In this document: positions 26,301 to 35,593 of the stretch, one piece after another
Position numbering within the stretch: the stretch's first letter is position 1
Layout of the letters: each line of letters begins with the position of its first letter
The notes under the pieces: model-generated
What the model was told of the DNA's origin: nothing
Database searches by the model: none
What the model saw: only the letters and a program-made list of their open reading frames with translations
Virus record (IMG/VR): IMGVR_UViG_3300045988_173299
Span: 1-42,765 of that record
Direction: 5' to 3' (one strand)
Length of the DNA stretch: 42,765 nucleotides
Origin: a virus
Program-made: the position numbers and the translations under genes

Positions 26301-28723
26301 CCATTGGGCCGGGAACTCAGATTCGGGATGGGTTCCTGGCGCTTGACATGCTCGGGATGCCGACTGCCCGCCTCGACGCCGGCGAGTGGATTATCAATGG
26401 CGCCTCGTCGGCTGCCTTCGATGAGCTGCTGTTCGCCATCAACAACAACACGCCCCGTGCGCAGGCAGCGCTAGCAGCCTTTGAAGAGCTTCCTGGTTAC
26501 GCAGAAGGCAGAGATCCAAAGAAGCGTAGTAAGCGCGCCGGGTCGGTTTCTGACCAAACATCGGATGAGGCAGACGATACGGACGACTCTGATAATGATG
26601 AGCAGTCCGGAGTAGACCGCGCATTCGAAGAGCTCAACCCGACCCAGGGTGGGCCATATGTTTGGGGCGGGACGCAGCCGACCGGCGCGGACTGCTCCGG
26701 TTATGTGGGGTTGTGGCAGTCGGCCCTCGAGGACCGAAATCCACGGACTACTCGCCTGGGTACGACCACGTCGCTACTGGCAGGGCAGTGGCCGAACCTG
26801 CAGCCGGGAACCGATGGTGTGTTTATCGTCGCAACGAACCCTGAGCACATGGTCGCCCAACTCGACGGCGTCAACATCGAGTCCGGCGGCTCCGGTATGC
26901 AGATCGGAGCTGGGGCGACCAGCCCGTTCAATCTGCCGAACGCCACCCTGTACTACTTGCCTGACGAGTACATTAAGGGCGGGACGGGCTCGGGTGATTC
27001 GAAACGCAGTCGTTCGTCGTCGAGTAAGCCGAAGAAAACGGATGCAGAGACTGAGCGCGAGAGGCTCGACAAGATGGCGGCAGAGTCGCAGCCGCGTCTT
27101 GCAAGGTCAAACGTGCAAATCCCACCGGACCCGATCGTAACCGCAGCAATGACACCTGCGAACGACCCGGACGGAGTTAAGGAACTAACTAAGGGCGGCG
27201 CGTGGACGGAACGTTTCGGTCTCGCCCATAATGCAACGGCGGAGGACCAGCTGGTCGAATATTTGCTGTGGGCTTACGGGCAAGATACTGAACCGGACTA
27301 CGAGTTAGCGCGGGCGTTCACTGAATCCAATGACCCGACTGGTGTCCGCTCCATGATTGAGGCTGGGGTATGGACTGGCCGATTCGGTGAGCATTATCGT
27401 GCTGGTAAAGACTCACAGCTGGTCAAGGCAGTGTTGGCTGCGCGCCGTAATGGTGGCTACTTCACAATCAAGCTGAACATGCTGGAGGACGAGCTGGGGG
27501 ATAACCCACGCTCGGCTTCTGAGCTAGCCGGCAAGGTTGCAAAGGTTGCAGCTGAGGGCGCAGTCAGCGACCTCATGGAAGTTCTTGGCCATGATGATGA
27601 GTTCGGACCTGTCGTAGAAATTGGTTTGTTAGCCGGCAAGCAGGCTTTCACTCAGTCTCAGGGCGTGGATGCGTCCGGAGGGATTGTTATCGAGGACACG
27701 ACGGCGACGTCGTCTCCGTCACGTCCGGGAGTATCCGAGGCGCAGGCCGAAGAGATTCAGCCAACCGGCGTGTCCGCATATGATCCTGGGCGTGGTACGG
27801 AGCAATGGTCGGGGCTAATCGACCGGGCTCTGTCGATTACCGGAAACCCATCGGGCTGGAAACAGCCCATGGTGGAGCAAGGTGATATTGAATCGCAGGG
27901 TGACCCCTCGGCGATTGGGCCGTCATCCCCTGAAGGGTCACCGGCTGGTGTGTGGCAGGTCAAGCCAGGCACTTTCGCTGCGTTTCGTGACCCAGGTCTG
28001 GTTGATGATGTACACGACGTCCTGGCAAACGGCGTTGCTGCCCTGAACTACGTCAATTCGCGGTATGCGACACTGCCGTGGCCGACAGCCGCCGGCTACC
28101 AGGCAGGTGGTCGAGTCACAGCTGGCCGCTCTGGAGGACGTGGCAGGGACGACGTTATTCCGGCGTGGCTAGCCGAGGGCGAGTACGTGGTGAGCGCCCC
28201 AGCAGCTCGCCAAAACGAAGCTGTCCTAGAACTCATCAACGGCGGCGCTGATATTGCTCACTTAGCTGCCGGAGCAGTGATTCAAAATGGCGAGCGCTTA
28301 GCGCAGCTCGGCGTTGATGCGCTGGCTGGTTCAGCTGCTGTCGGAGCGCTTGGCTCTGCTGGTTTTGGTGTTGGTGGCGATATCGCGTTGTCGGCTGAAT
28401 CAGTAATGGAAACGGGCGGCAAGGCAGTTAAGGCGATGTCGGAAATGGCGACCCAGATGTCGAACCATGTCATTGACACGGTCGCTAATAGTGCAACGGA
28501 GTTCCTGGTCGGTGATGCGCAGTCTCAGCGCCGTGAGTACCAGGCAAACATGGTGCGGGACGCGGCGCTTGAGGCTAGGTCGCAAGCGATGCGTGAGCAG
28601 ATGGAGCAATCTGTTGCTGCACAGCGACCAGTGAATGTGAACGCAAACGGTTATGACCGCCGTGACCTGGCTGCCGGTATCCGCCAGGCCCGATACGAAG
28701 AGCGATGGGAGAGTGGTTTCTAA
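23291..28723 (+). CDS. tape measure protein with embedded NlpC/P60 peptidase and lytic transglycosylase (SLT) domains
   Basis: 1810 aa. NlpC/P60 motif 'YVWGGTQPTGADCSGYVG'. SLT-like motif 'ESQGDPSAIG...AGVWQVKPGTF'. Internal tandem repeats ('ELGLKV..' three times; 21-aa 'HxVSDNTxxVKxRKxELKxxT' twice). Confidence 0.9.
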   Translation: MSCALRAESRLAVAGGKIDILVEPDLKGFEGKLESGLSGALGTAGKIGAALGVAIGGAEISRQIIQVGMDFESQMNTMSAVSQATGAQLDAVAAKARELGNDTSLTATSASDAAAAMTELAKGGFTVEQSMEAAKGTLQLAAAAQIDAAEAATIQSQALQSFSLGAEDAARVSDILAGAANASSAEIGGIAQGLQQAGAVANQFGVDIDDTSTALAMFANAGIQGSDAGTLLKSALLALTDQGKPAQAAMEELGLSVYDMQGNFVGLPSLFEQLAEAQKSMTPEAYQAATATLFGSDAMRLAGIAAEQGRDGFETLRDAVTRSGQAAEVAAAQTEGLPGAMERLQNSAEEVGLAVYDALSDKLVAGADLATTALEAIGPALATGLGAALDVVGGAASALDGLEGAAIGVAGALALSSFTDFPGRMNAGTGALRGFGEQMKVQKSLAKAAGVELTGVGAAMATMEARVPTIHRMSEAYRKTGAQARAMGTLTLAASTQVDGMHRNLLLAKGSAQKFGGVLGGSVAGGLSLAKSGVTGIINALGGPWGLAIAGAGLAIGHLIQKHQEAKQAEEEHKAAQEALRESLDQTTGAITAQTRELVLKAAQESGAADTARELGISQETLADAMTGVEGAQQKVNAAIDVGSQKALESSKAWETSGRNLRGMGITAEDVSEAIFGTGQASQDAMDKIMSKGPAAVDAFNKVASGVKDADEKFKGLRDQVNRTSDDLDKIEAEAKKDRLAGLRDSTEKTKKAMELLGDSVTSIPDNKTLKVEADAVTEETRAKLEELGLKVSEPMNGEVTVTFPDGAEIVSTLESIGIQISALPDGYIEITNNSPEVEAQLTELGLKVVDHEGHVVIDSNDEEVAQRMVELGLLVESPISGQLEIADNVAEVLARKTELEATTGSEHHVSDNTDEVKSRKDELKSKTESDHKVSDNTQDVKNRKEELKKDTSSHHTIYVRQVEYANSAGGTRPLPRAMQWQGGLWQGPAYALGDRHTGYRLPTIGPGTQIRDGFLALDMLGMPTARLDAGEWIINGASSAAFDELLFAINNNTPRAQAALAAFEELPGYAEGRDPKKRSKRAGSVSDQTSDEADDTDDSDNDEQSGVDRAFEELNPTQGGPYVWGGTQPTGADCSGYVGLWQSALEDRNPRTTRLGTTTSLLAGQWPNLQPGTDGVFIVATNPEHMVAQLDGVNIESGGSGMQIGAGATSPFNLPNATLYYLPDEYIKGGTGSGDSKRSRSSSSKPKKTDAETERERLDKMAAESQPRLARSNVQIPPDPIVTAAMTPANDPDGVKELTKGGAWTERFGLAHNATAEDQLVEYLLWAYGQDTEPDYELARAFTESNDPTGVRSMIEAGVWTGRFGEHYRAGKDSQLVKAVLAARRNGGYFTIKLNMLEDELGDNPRSASELAGKVAKVAAEGAVSDLMEVLGHDDEFGPVVEIGLLAGKQAFTQSQGVDASGGIVIEDTTATSSPSRPGVSEAQAEEIQPTGVSAYDPGRGTEQWSGLIDRALSITGNPSGWKQPMVEQGDIESQGDPSAIGPSSPEGSPAGVWQVKPGTFAAFRDPGLVDDVHDVLANGVAALNYVNSRYATLPWPTAAGYQAGGRVTAGRSGGRGRDDVIPAWLAEGEYVVSAPAARQNEAVLELINGGADIAHLAAGAVIQNGERLAQLGVDALAGSAAVGALGSAGFGVGGDIALSAESVMETGGKAVKAMSEMATQMSNHVIDTVANSATEFLVGDAQSQRREYQANMVRDAALEARSQAMREQMEQSVAAQRPVNVNANGYDRRDLAAGIRQARYEERWESGF

Positions 28724-29688
28724 TGCGAGGTCGCATGTTTCCAAATGGTGCCGCCAATGTAGTGTTGGCGGGGCCGGGTGCCGCGGCGGGGCTGCCAGAA
28801 CGGGCGTGGCACCTATCTGATTGGCCGTCAAAGATGGCTAATGAGCAAGGTGTCGCGATCTCGGAAGGTTGGGCTGACTTTCAGGAACCTACTGTGACGC
28901 ACCAGTGGTTTGCCCCGGCGCAGGCGCACGGAGCTATATGGCTCGGCGCGGTTGCTGACCCTCGCCGGTTTCAGCTTCCCATCACCATGCATGCGACCCG
29001 TCAGAAAGCATTCGAGATTGTGCGTGACGAGTTCTTCACGGACTTGAATTTCACGACTACTTCTCGTCTGTATGTGAATTCTCCGTCGGGCACGGTGTGG
29101 CTAGACATTCGTCTTGATGGGCCTCCGGTTGTTGGCGATGTGAGGCACGACGATGCGATTGTGCAGGAGCAGGATTATCTGTTGCCAATCGTGTCAGAAC
29201 AGGCGTTCTACCAAGCCCCGGAAGTGGCTCGTACGTGGGTGTTGGGTAAAGGCTGGTCGCCATCACCGGAGCTGTGGAACTTCGGTGACGTGCCCGAATG
29301 GCCGGTGTGGACTCTCCGTGGCCCGGGTGTGTTCACGATTCCTGATATCGCTCCGAAGGATTTCGGTGAGGTCGAGGGATGGCTACTGGATCTTGTTCCG
29401 TCGTGGATGAAGGACATGCTTCGCATGGGGCAAATCCTGGTGGACAAGCAGACGACAGTGATGTTGCTGCCCGGTGAGACCATGGTTCTGACCGGTGACC
29501 CCGCTCGTCGTCTAGCAGTGTCGGATAAACGCAAGGATGCGCACCGGTGGCTCGGCGGGCAGCGCCCTCTCTACCAAGTGATGCCGCATACCCGATGGGA
29601 TGTGTCGGGGCTGCGTGTCGTAGGCGGTAAACCAGGTGTGACATCGGCGGTCGTGCAGATTGAGCCTAGGAGGCGACGCCCGTGGTAG
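28723..29688 (+). CDS. distal tail protein (Dit-like)
   Basis: Position immediately after the tape measure gene. Start overlaps its stop (TAATG). Confidence 0.45.
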   Translation: MRGRMFPNGAANVVLAGPGAAAGLPERAWHLSDWPSKMANEQGVAISEGWADFQEPTVTHQWFAPAQAHGAIWLGAVADPRRFQLPITMHATRQKAFEIVRDEFFTDLNFTTTSRLYVNSPSGTVWLDIRLDGPPVVGDVRHDDAIVQEQDYLLPIVSEQAFYQAPEVARTWVLGKGWSPSPELWNFGDVPEWPVWTLRGPGVFTIPDIAPKDFGEVEGWLLDLVPSWMKDMLRMGQILVDKQTTVMLLPGETMVLTGDPARRLAVSDKRKDAHRWLGGQRPLYQVMPHTRWDVSGLRVVGGKPGVTSAVVQIEPRRRRPW

Positions 29689-31202
29689 AAGCATTGAATA
29701 TTGACCAGGCGACTGCAGCGATGGAGGCGGCGAACAGGCTCCGAGTGGACACTCCGACCCGGATTGACTTGTGGTCTCGCCACGGTTTTGAAGGAACTGT
29801 GGGTTTGTTCGAGTCGGTGCAGGTTCGTTGGTCATCGTCGGGGCAAGCGTCCTTCGTGATGAGGGGTGCGGACCCGCTAGCGGCGTTGGTTCGTTCGTGC
29901 CGAAAGAACTTAGTGCGTGTGCGCATCTGGTACGGCGACCAGCATTGGGATGGGCGAGTCTGGGTGTCCCGTGACTCTGGTGTTGGCGCCGAATGGAAGG
30001 TCACAGCAGAGTGCGTCGGTGTGGAGCGAATTCTCGATGGAATCCTGACGTACCCGGAGCCTCTTGCTGGTATCGAGTGGGCTCAGGTGCTCCGTAAATC
30101 GGTGTATACCGGCCCGGTTGCTACTGGTCTTTTAGCGTTGGTGGCGTTGAACGTTCAGCGGTTGCAACGGCCTCATCGCCAACTTGGGTTGCCTATCGAT
30201 GTGATTCCAAAGAATCCGTTGCTTGATGGGTCTCCTTGGAGAACCTGGGCTGTTGCAATGGAGCCTATTTCTCAGGTTGCGGATGAAATGTTGAAAGACG
30301 CGCAGGGCTACAGGCTGCGTGTTCGGCAGTGGTTGCCTGGCGACGAGAAGCCGCATCCATTGTGGATTCACACGACGCCACGAATTGTGGTCGATGTTGT
30401 GCAGGCGCCGTGGCTTTATGGCGTTGGCGGTGGGCTGACGGTTTTCTCATCCCTGGCGCGTGAGATGGCAACGTTTGTTGGTGATGCGGTCGGGTGGATT
30501 GCGCAGGGCGCCTCCCGGAACCTGTCGAAACGGTGGGGCGAGTTGGTCAACGGCAAACCCATTCCAGCCGTGATTTGGCAGGAAGGCTGCCCAGGTGTGC
30601 TTGACGCCAACGTCGATAACCAGCACCCTCAGGCTGCTGCCGCCGTCGTGGGCGGAGCCGCACCGGACTGGTTGAATACGCTAATCCAAGACGGTTCGGA
30701 ACTTGCCGTCACGTCACTACTCGCCAGCTTGGGCATAGTGATGCCCGGACTTGGCGGCATCGTAGGTAAAGCTCTCACGAACCGTGTTGCTACCTATCAG
30801 CGGACTGTGGACTGGTCGACTCTGCTGGAAGTTGGGCCAGAAGCAATCCCCGAGGTCTTCCAGTCAACCTCCGCAACTCTGACCTTGTCGGCGGCGCAGG
30901 CAGCCCGCTCAGCGCTCATGGAAGCCGCGCCGCAAACCTTCACCGAGCTAACTGTCATGGACGGCATGCCGTGGCGGTTCGGGGAAGATTTTCAGGTCGG
31001 CGACAGCCTCGGGTGGTGGCACATGGACGGTGACCTGTACGTCGGCCCCTGCACAGGAGTCGACATGAGTGTCACTCGTGAAGAAGGCGCAGTTATCAAA
31101 GCGAGCATCGGTACTCCACCGATTATTGCCCCCGGCGAGCAGGCAAAGCGTATTGCGTCTTCTGCGGTGACAATCGCGAATGCCTTAACTCTCAAGTACT
31201 AA
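29682..31202 (+). CDS. minor tail protein (Tal-like)
   Basis: 506 aa. Assigned by position after Dit. Confidence 0.45.
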   Translation: MVEALNIDQATAAMEAANRLRVDTPTRIDLWSRHGFEGTVGLFESVQVRWSSSGQASFVMRGADPLAALVRSCRKNLVRVRIWYGDQHWDGRVWVSRDSGVGAEWKVTAECVGVERILDGILTYPEPLAGIEWAQVLRKSVYTGPVATGLLALVALNVQRLQRPHRQLGLPIDVIPKNPLLDGSPWRTWAVAMEPISQVADEMLKDAQGYRLRVRQWLPGDEKPHPLWIHTTPRIVVDVVQAPWLYGVGGGLTVFSSLAREMATFVGDAVGWIAQGASRNLSKRWGELVNGKPIPAVIWQEGCPGVLDANVDNQHPQAAAAVVGGAAPDWLNTLIQDGSELAVTSLLASLGIVMPGLGGIVGKALTNRVATYQRTVDWSTLLEVGPEAIPEVFQSTSATLTLSAAQAARSALMEAAPQTFTELTVMDGMPWRFGEDFQVGDSLGWWHMDGDLYVGPCTGVDMSVTREEGAVIKASIGTPPIIAPGEQAKRIASSAVTIANALTLKY

Positions 31203-31215
31203 GGAGAACATCAAC

Positions 31216-32292
31216 ATGGTGTCATTTAAGATTCCTGCAGTCCTCGAGCTGCTGTTGAAAGACCAATGGGATATCCGCTCGACGCAGCGTGGTGTGCTGA
31301 CAATGGAGGGCGGTAACACGATTACGGCGGAGATTCCCGCCATCAAGGGGGATAAGGGTGACCCTGGCCGTGATGGGCTGCCACCTCGATTCCGGGAGCC
31401 TGTGCATGAGTCGCAACTCCCGCACCCGAAGTCACTAACAAAGCAAGATATTGGTTGGTTCTGGCCAATCATTGGCTCGACTACTGTGTACACCTACAAC
31501 GGCTTCGACCTGATTCCCATTGAGAATTACCTCGGAGTACGGGGTCCGGTGGGCCCTGCGCCCAGGATCCGTATTGGCGAAGTGCAGGAGGCAGACGCTG
31601 CCCGTGTTGTCGTCCGTGAGGACAGTGATGGCACGGCAGTGCTGGATATCGATGTGCCGAAGGGCAAGCAGGGCGAGCGAGGTATCAAGGGTGACACTGG
31701 AAACTCCGCATCCATCACCCAAGCCGATGACTACGATGACGGAGGCACTCCTGGCCAGCCCGGTGATGTACTGACCCTGCGCGGAGATGGAGACTGGGGC
31801 CCAGCACGGCCACAGCTTGGTGCGGGGGTGGTGAAGCGGTCCGGGTCGGATGAGAACTGGCGGGCTATCGATACTGGCGCGTTCTGGGGCGGGGACTACG
31901 TGGGTATTACTGAGTTAACGGTCCCGCCTCAGCCGTTTCCGTGGGAGCCAGAAGTCTACGGCATGGTCGATTTGAAGGTTGACGGAATCATGGTGCGGAT
32001 GGATGTCGAAGCGCGACTTGGTGCGGTCTCAGGCCCACTCCTTGCGCTGGGCCCTGGCCCATCGTCGAACAAAATGATTGGCGAATGGGTTACCCGCCAG
32101 ATTGTGCCCGCGGCTGATGAGACTGCAAGCTTTAACGCTTCGTCGACGGTCGTTCCCGCAGGGCAGTCGGCTGTTATTCACTTGATTGCGCGGCGCGTGG
32201 AATCGCTGTCAAAGATTACGTTGCAGACTCGAAAAGAGCGGGCGTACTTGAGGGTGAATGTGAATCCGGTGCGGGTGGAGTCCGATCTATGA
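31216..32292 (+). CDS. minor tail protein with collagen-like Gly-X-Y repeats
   Basis: 'GDKGDPGRDGLP' and 'GKQGERGIKGDTG' repeats. Confidence 0.55.
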   Translation: MVSFKIPAVLELLLKDQWDIRSTQRGVLTMEGGNTITAEIPAIKGDKGDPGRDGLPPRFREPVHESQLPHPKSLTKQDIGWFWPIIGSTTVYTYNGFDLIPIENYLGVRGPVGPAPRIRIGEVQEADAARVVVREDSDGTAVLDIDVPKGKQGERGIKGDTGNSASITQADDYDDGGTPGQPGDVLTLRGDGDWGPARPQLGAGVVKRSGSDENWRAIDTGAFWGGDYVGITELTVPPQPFPWEPEVYGMVDLKVDGIMVRMDVEARLGAVSGPLLALGPGPSSNKMIGEWVTRQIVPAADETASFNASSTVVPAGQSAVIHLIARRVESLSKITLQTRKERAYLRVNVNPVRVESDL

Positions 32293-32966
32293 GGCTTCTA
32301 GATTCGATGGGGCTTGGGCACGATTTACGTGACGAGGGAACTGTCGGTCAATTTGAAACGTCAGTCGGTGCGCCAGCGGTAGCGCAAGCTGCAGGGGACT
32401 GGGATAGGCAAATGCTGGGGCCGATGCGTGAGCAGCAGGACTACCTGGAGGGTGTGCGGGGCTACTGCGCGGCGTACATGTCGAAAAATATCAATGGCGA
32501 GTGGGGGAAAAATAACACCCGAAGACTGCCGTTCGACGCTCAGCATGGAGAGGCATCAAAGGGAGCGCATGTTGACCCGGATAAGGGCGGCATCGTTTTC
32601 GACGAAGTAGGCGTATGGCTGGTGTCGCTGTATGTGACAGCCCGTTGGACTGCGTACACCGCGTCGTGGACTGACACGGACTCTGTGCGAGTGTCCATGC
32701 GCGCTAAAGGCCCCGACGATGCTGTTTTTGACGAGAAGATTCTTCAGTACCTCTCCGGGAAATCAGCTGTGACGCCAACCATTACCGTGCCCATTGTGGT
32801 GAAGGAACCTGGCTCTTATATCGAGGTTGAGGGTTGGTCTTCACGATTTCGGTGGTGGGACGGAGGAACGAAGTTTTCAATGCTCACTGTCGTAAAACAA
32901 GATAATCGACCGGAAAAACCAGGTGTTCTGACTGTGCCTGATGAACGAGAGGAAACGTCACAGTGA
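32289..32966 (+). CDS. minor tail protein
   Basis: 225 aa. Overlapping start/stop within the tail operon. Confidence 0.4.
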   Translation: MRLLDSMGLGHDLRDEGTVGQFETSVGAPAVAQAAGDWDRQMLGPMREQQDYLEGVRGYCAAYMSKNINGEWGKNNTRRLPFDAQHGEASKGAHVDPDKGGIVFDEVGVWLVSLYVTARWTAYTASWTDTDSVRVSMRAKGPDDAVFDEKILQYLSGKSAVTPTITVPIVVKEPGSYIEVEGWSSRFRWWDGGTKFSMLTVVKQDNRPEKPGVLTVPDEREETSQ

Positions 32967-34186
32967 CATTTAAAACGTTCGTAATGACTGACGAATGGCG
33001 AGTAGCTCAACCCGGCGACGTCGACGATAAAGACACCCAGGTACTGCGCCGCGGCATCACTGGGCAAGCCACACTCACTCCGGTATTGCCGGAGGGACTG
33101 CGTGTTGATGATGACCCCCGAGCATGGATGCTTCTGAATCGGGAGCACAAGTGCGATTATCATCTCGGCCGACTTGTTGGCCCCGACGGGCTAGATGGTG
33201 TCCGGCTTGTTGGATGGGTGGATGACAAACCGGTGGCATGGCGGGTGAGCAGACGACTGCGTTTTGGTGGCGAGTGGGCAGCGCCACTGGAAGACATTGT
33301 GGTCGCCCCGGTCGACGGCACCGCGCACCTGCCAGATATTGTGCCCGTGGACGCGTCAGAGTTCGAGAAACTTCCACAGGTCGCGGTAGCCCTCGATGGG
33401 GTCATGCGCAGCGTGGAAGAGATGAAAGCTGGGTTTGCAGAAGCCCGAGACAACGTTTCACGCGCCATGCACAGTGCAGACCGGACGGAGAAAGCAGCTG
33501 CGCGAATCCCTGACTTTGAGCAGGCAGTCAGGACTACCGCTGAGGCGCGAGATCATGTTGTCACGCTTGTGCAACGAGCGGAAACTGCTGCTGGGGATTC
33601 GGAGCTGAGCGCAGAAGAAGCGTCAGCGTCGCAGGTAGCGTCGGAGTCTGCTCGTGATGAGTCCCGAAGTGCGCGTGATGTAGGCACGGCTGCTCGTGAT
33701 GAGGTCACAACCTTGGCGGCGTCGGTGAAGGCGGATCGCACCGCGGTAGAAGAAGCAGCGCGCAATGCTGAGGCCGCTGCGAAACGAGAAGCTGCAGCAG
33801 CTGTAGCGAAAATTGTTGATTCAGCGCCAGAGCATCTGGATACTCTGGCGGAAATCGCCACACTGCTAACGGAACAGGGTGATGCTGCTGCAGTCTTGAC
33901 TCACACGGTTGCAGGTAAGGCTGCTCTTAAGCACACGCACGAGGTGGGTGATGTGGCTGGGCTGGAAGCTGCACTTGATAGTAAGGCGTCGGCGTCGCAT
34001 CAGCATCAGATTTCGCAGGTTGAAAACCTGCAATCCACCCTTGATGGCATCAAGGATGCTTTATCGAATCGTGCGCGTGGGAATTTTGACTTCGTAGTTT
34101 CCACGAAGCCACCAGCGCCGGGAACCCCTTCGACGACCGTGACAGTGATTACGGAGGTGATGCCGGGTGATTTACCACGGGAATAA
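32963..34186 (+). CDS. tail fibre-like protein (Ala-rich coiled coil)
   Basis: Long 'AAARIPDFEQAVRTTAEARDHVVTLVQRAETAAGDSELSAEEASA...' helical segment. Confidence 0.45.
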   Translation: MTFKTFVMTDEWRVAQPGDVDDKDTQVLRRGITGQATLTPVLPEGLRVDDDPRAWMLLNREHKCDYHLGRLVGPDGLDGVRLVGWVDDKPVAWRVSRRLRFGGEWAAPLEDIVVAPVDGTAHLPDIVPVDASEFEKLPQVAVALDGVMRSVEEMKAGFAEARDNVSRAMHSADRTEKAAARIPDFEQAVRTTAEARDHVVTLVQRAETAAGDSELSAEEASASQVASESARDESRSARDVGTAARDEVTTLAASVKADRTAVEEAARNAEAAAKREAAAAVAKIVDSAPEHLDTLAEIATLLTEQGDAAAVLTHTVAGKAALKHTHEVGDVAGLEAALDSKASASHQHQISQVENLQSTLDGIKDALSNRARGNFDFVVSTKPPAPGTPSTTVTVITEVMPGDLPRE

Positions 34187-35572
34187 TTCGGTACAGCGTG
34201 TTTTCGTTGGTGAGCAGGAAGCGCCGGAGGTTTACCGTGGTCGTGATTTGATTTGGTCACGCAGGCTTGGTGGCATGTGGCGCTACGAGTTTGAGGGGCG
34301 CGGCGGTGTGTACGATGCCCACACCTACGCGGCGGAAAACGGGCGTGGCCGGCTTAGTGTCGAACACACGAGTTTCCCGTTTTCTGTCGCTAGCGGTTAC
34401 CCCGGCTTGGTGTTTATGACTGCTAACCCGGTTCAGGTCACCTCACACACGGTAATGGTGTTGCATTCGGGTCTTTTAGCCCCGCCTGTCGGTGACGATA
34501 TTCTCCTGGAAGTCGAGCTGTTTATGAACGGCAACGATGCCGGCGCGTGGGAATTCGGCTTGTTCGGGAACAGTATTGGCCTTGTTTTTGACCGCACTGG
34601 TCTAGAAATCAATATGGCGCCCCGCTTGTGGGCCGGGAGGAACGAGACGAAACTTCCGCTGCATGGCGCCGCCGACGATTCTGAAGTGGGAGGACGCACG
34701 GGTGGCCATGTTGGGCTATGGATCAGCCCAAAGAACGGGTGGGTGCGCGCCTATCTAGGAAAGCAGTTCATTAAGGAGCTGACCCTGGATAAGTCCACGT
34801 TGCGCGCGGATGTTCCCCTGGATTTCCGTTTCGCCAACCGTGCCGCGTTTTTCATCAGCCCGATTGGGCCATTTGTCCCGGTGCCAGTCCCAGTTTTCCC
34901 GCCTGGTATTCATGCCGTGCAGCAGTCCACGGGGGTTATGGCGTTCCGGCGAGCCCGCCAGCTCGGATGGACAGAGGGATACGTCGAACCACCACCGGAA
35001 CCAAAACCGGAAACCGACACCCCAATCGTCGAAGCGGATGATTCGCTATCGCTACAGGTCGAATACACGGTCAAGGGGCCGTGGCGTGTTGAAGTGCCAC
35101 AATGGGCGCGGTCAGTCGAGGTTGTCGCCCTCGGCGGTGGCGGCGGAGGTTCTGGTGGCGACATCATCGGAGCTAATGCGTGCAACGGTGGTGACGCGGG
35201 GCAATGGGCATCGGGAACGTTTACTAATTTGCCATCTACTCTGTCTATCTATGTCGGCGGAGGTGGTGATCCGGGAGCTAGCACTAAGGGCGGTTATGAA
35301 GGTGAAGCGTCCTGGGTGCGTACTGGTTCGGGGGAGATAAAGGCACAGCCGGGCGGTGGCGGTCAAGGCTATGGTGACCCAACCGGACAATCCCCAGGAA
35401 ACCGAGAGTTCTTCGGCAGACAGTTCATCGGCGGTAAGACTGTCGGGCAGACTGTGCGGGGTGATTCGCCTGGTGGCGGCGGTGGTGCTGCAAGCACTGG
35501 ACCCATCGGTCGTACGCCGGGGGTGCTGGTGGCGCTGGCAAGATTTGGCTGCGCTTTTCATCGAACCCGTAA
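34167..35572 (+). CDS. glycine-rich minor tail protein; the annotated frame-0 ORF (to 35723) probably needs a 1-nt correction at the G5 tract 35519-35523
   Basis: Poly-Gly blocks 'GGGGGGSGG', 'GGGGDPG', 'GGGGQG', 'GGGGGAAS'. Frame 2 after the G-run reads 'GGAGGAGKIWLRFSSNP*' and stops at 35570-35572, just before the lysin RBS. The frame-0 tail instead runs 130 nt into the lysin gene. Confidence 0.5.
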
Positions 35573-35593
35573 TTCGTTCAAGGAGGTAGAGCT

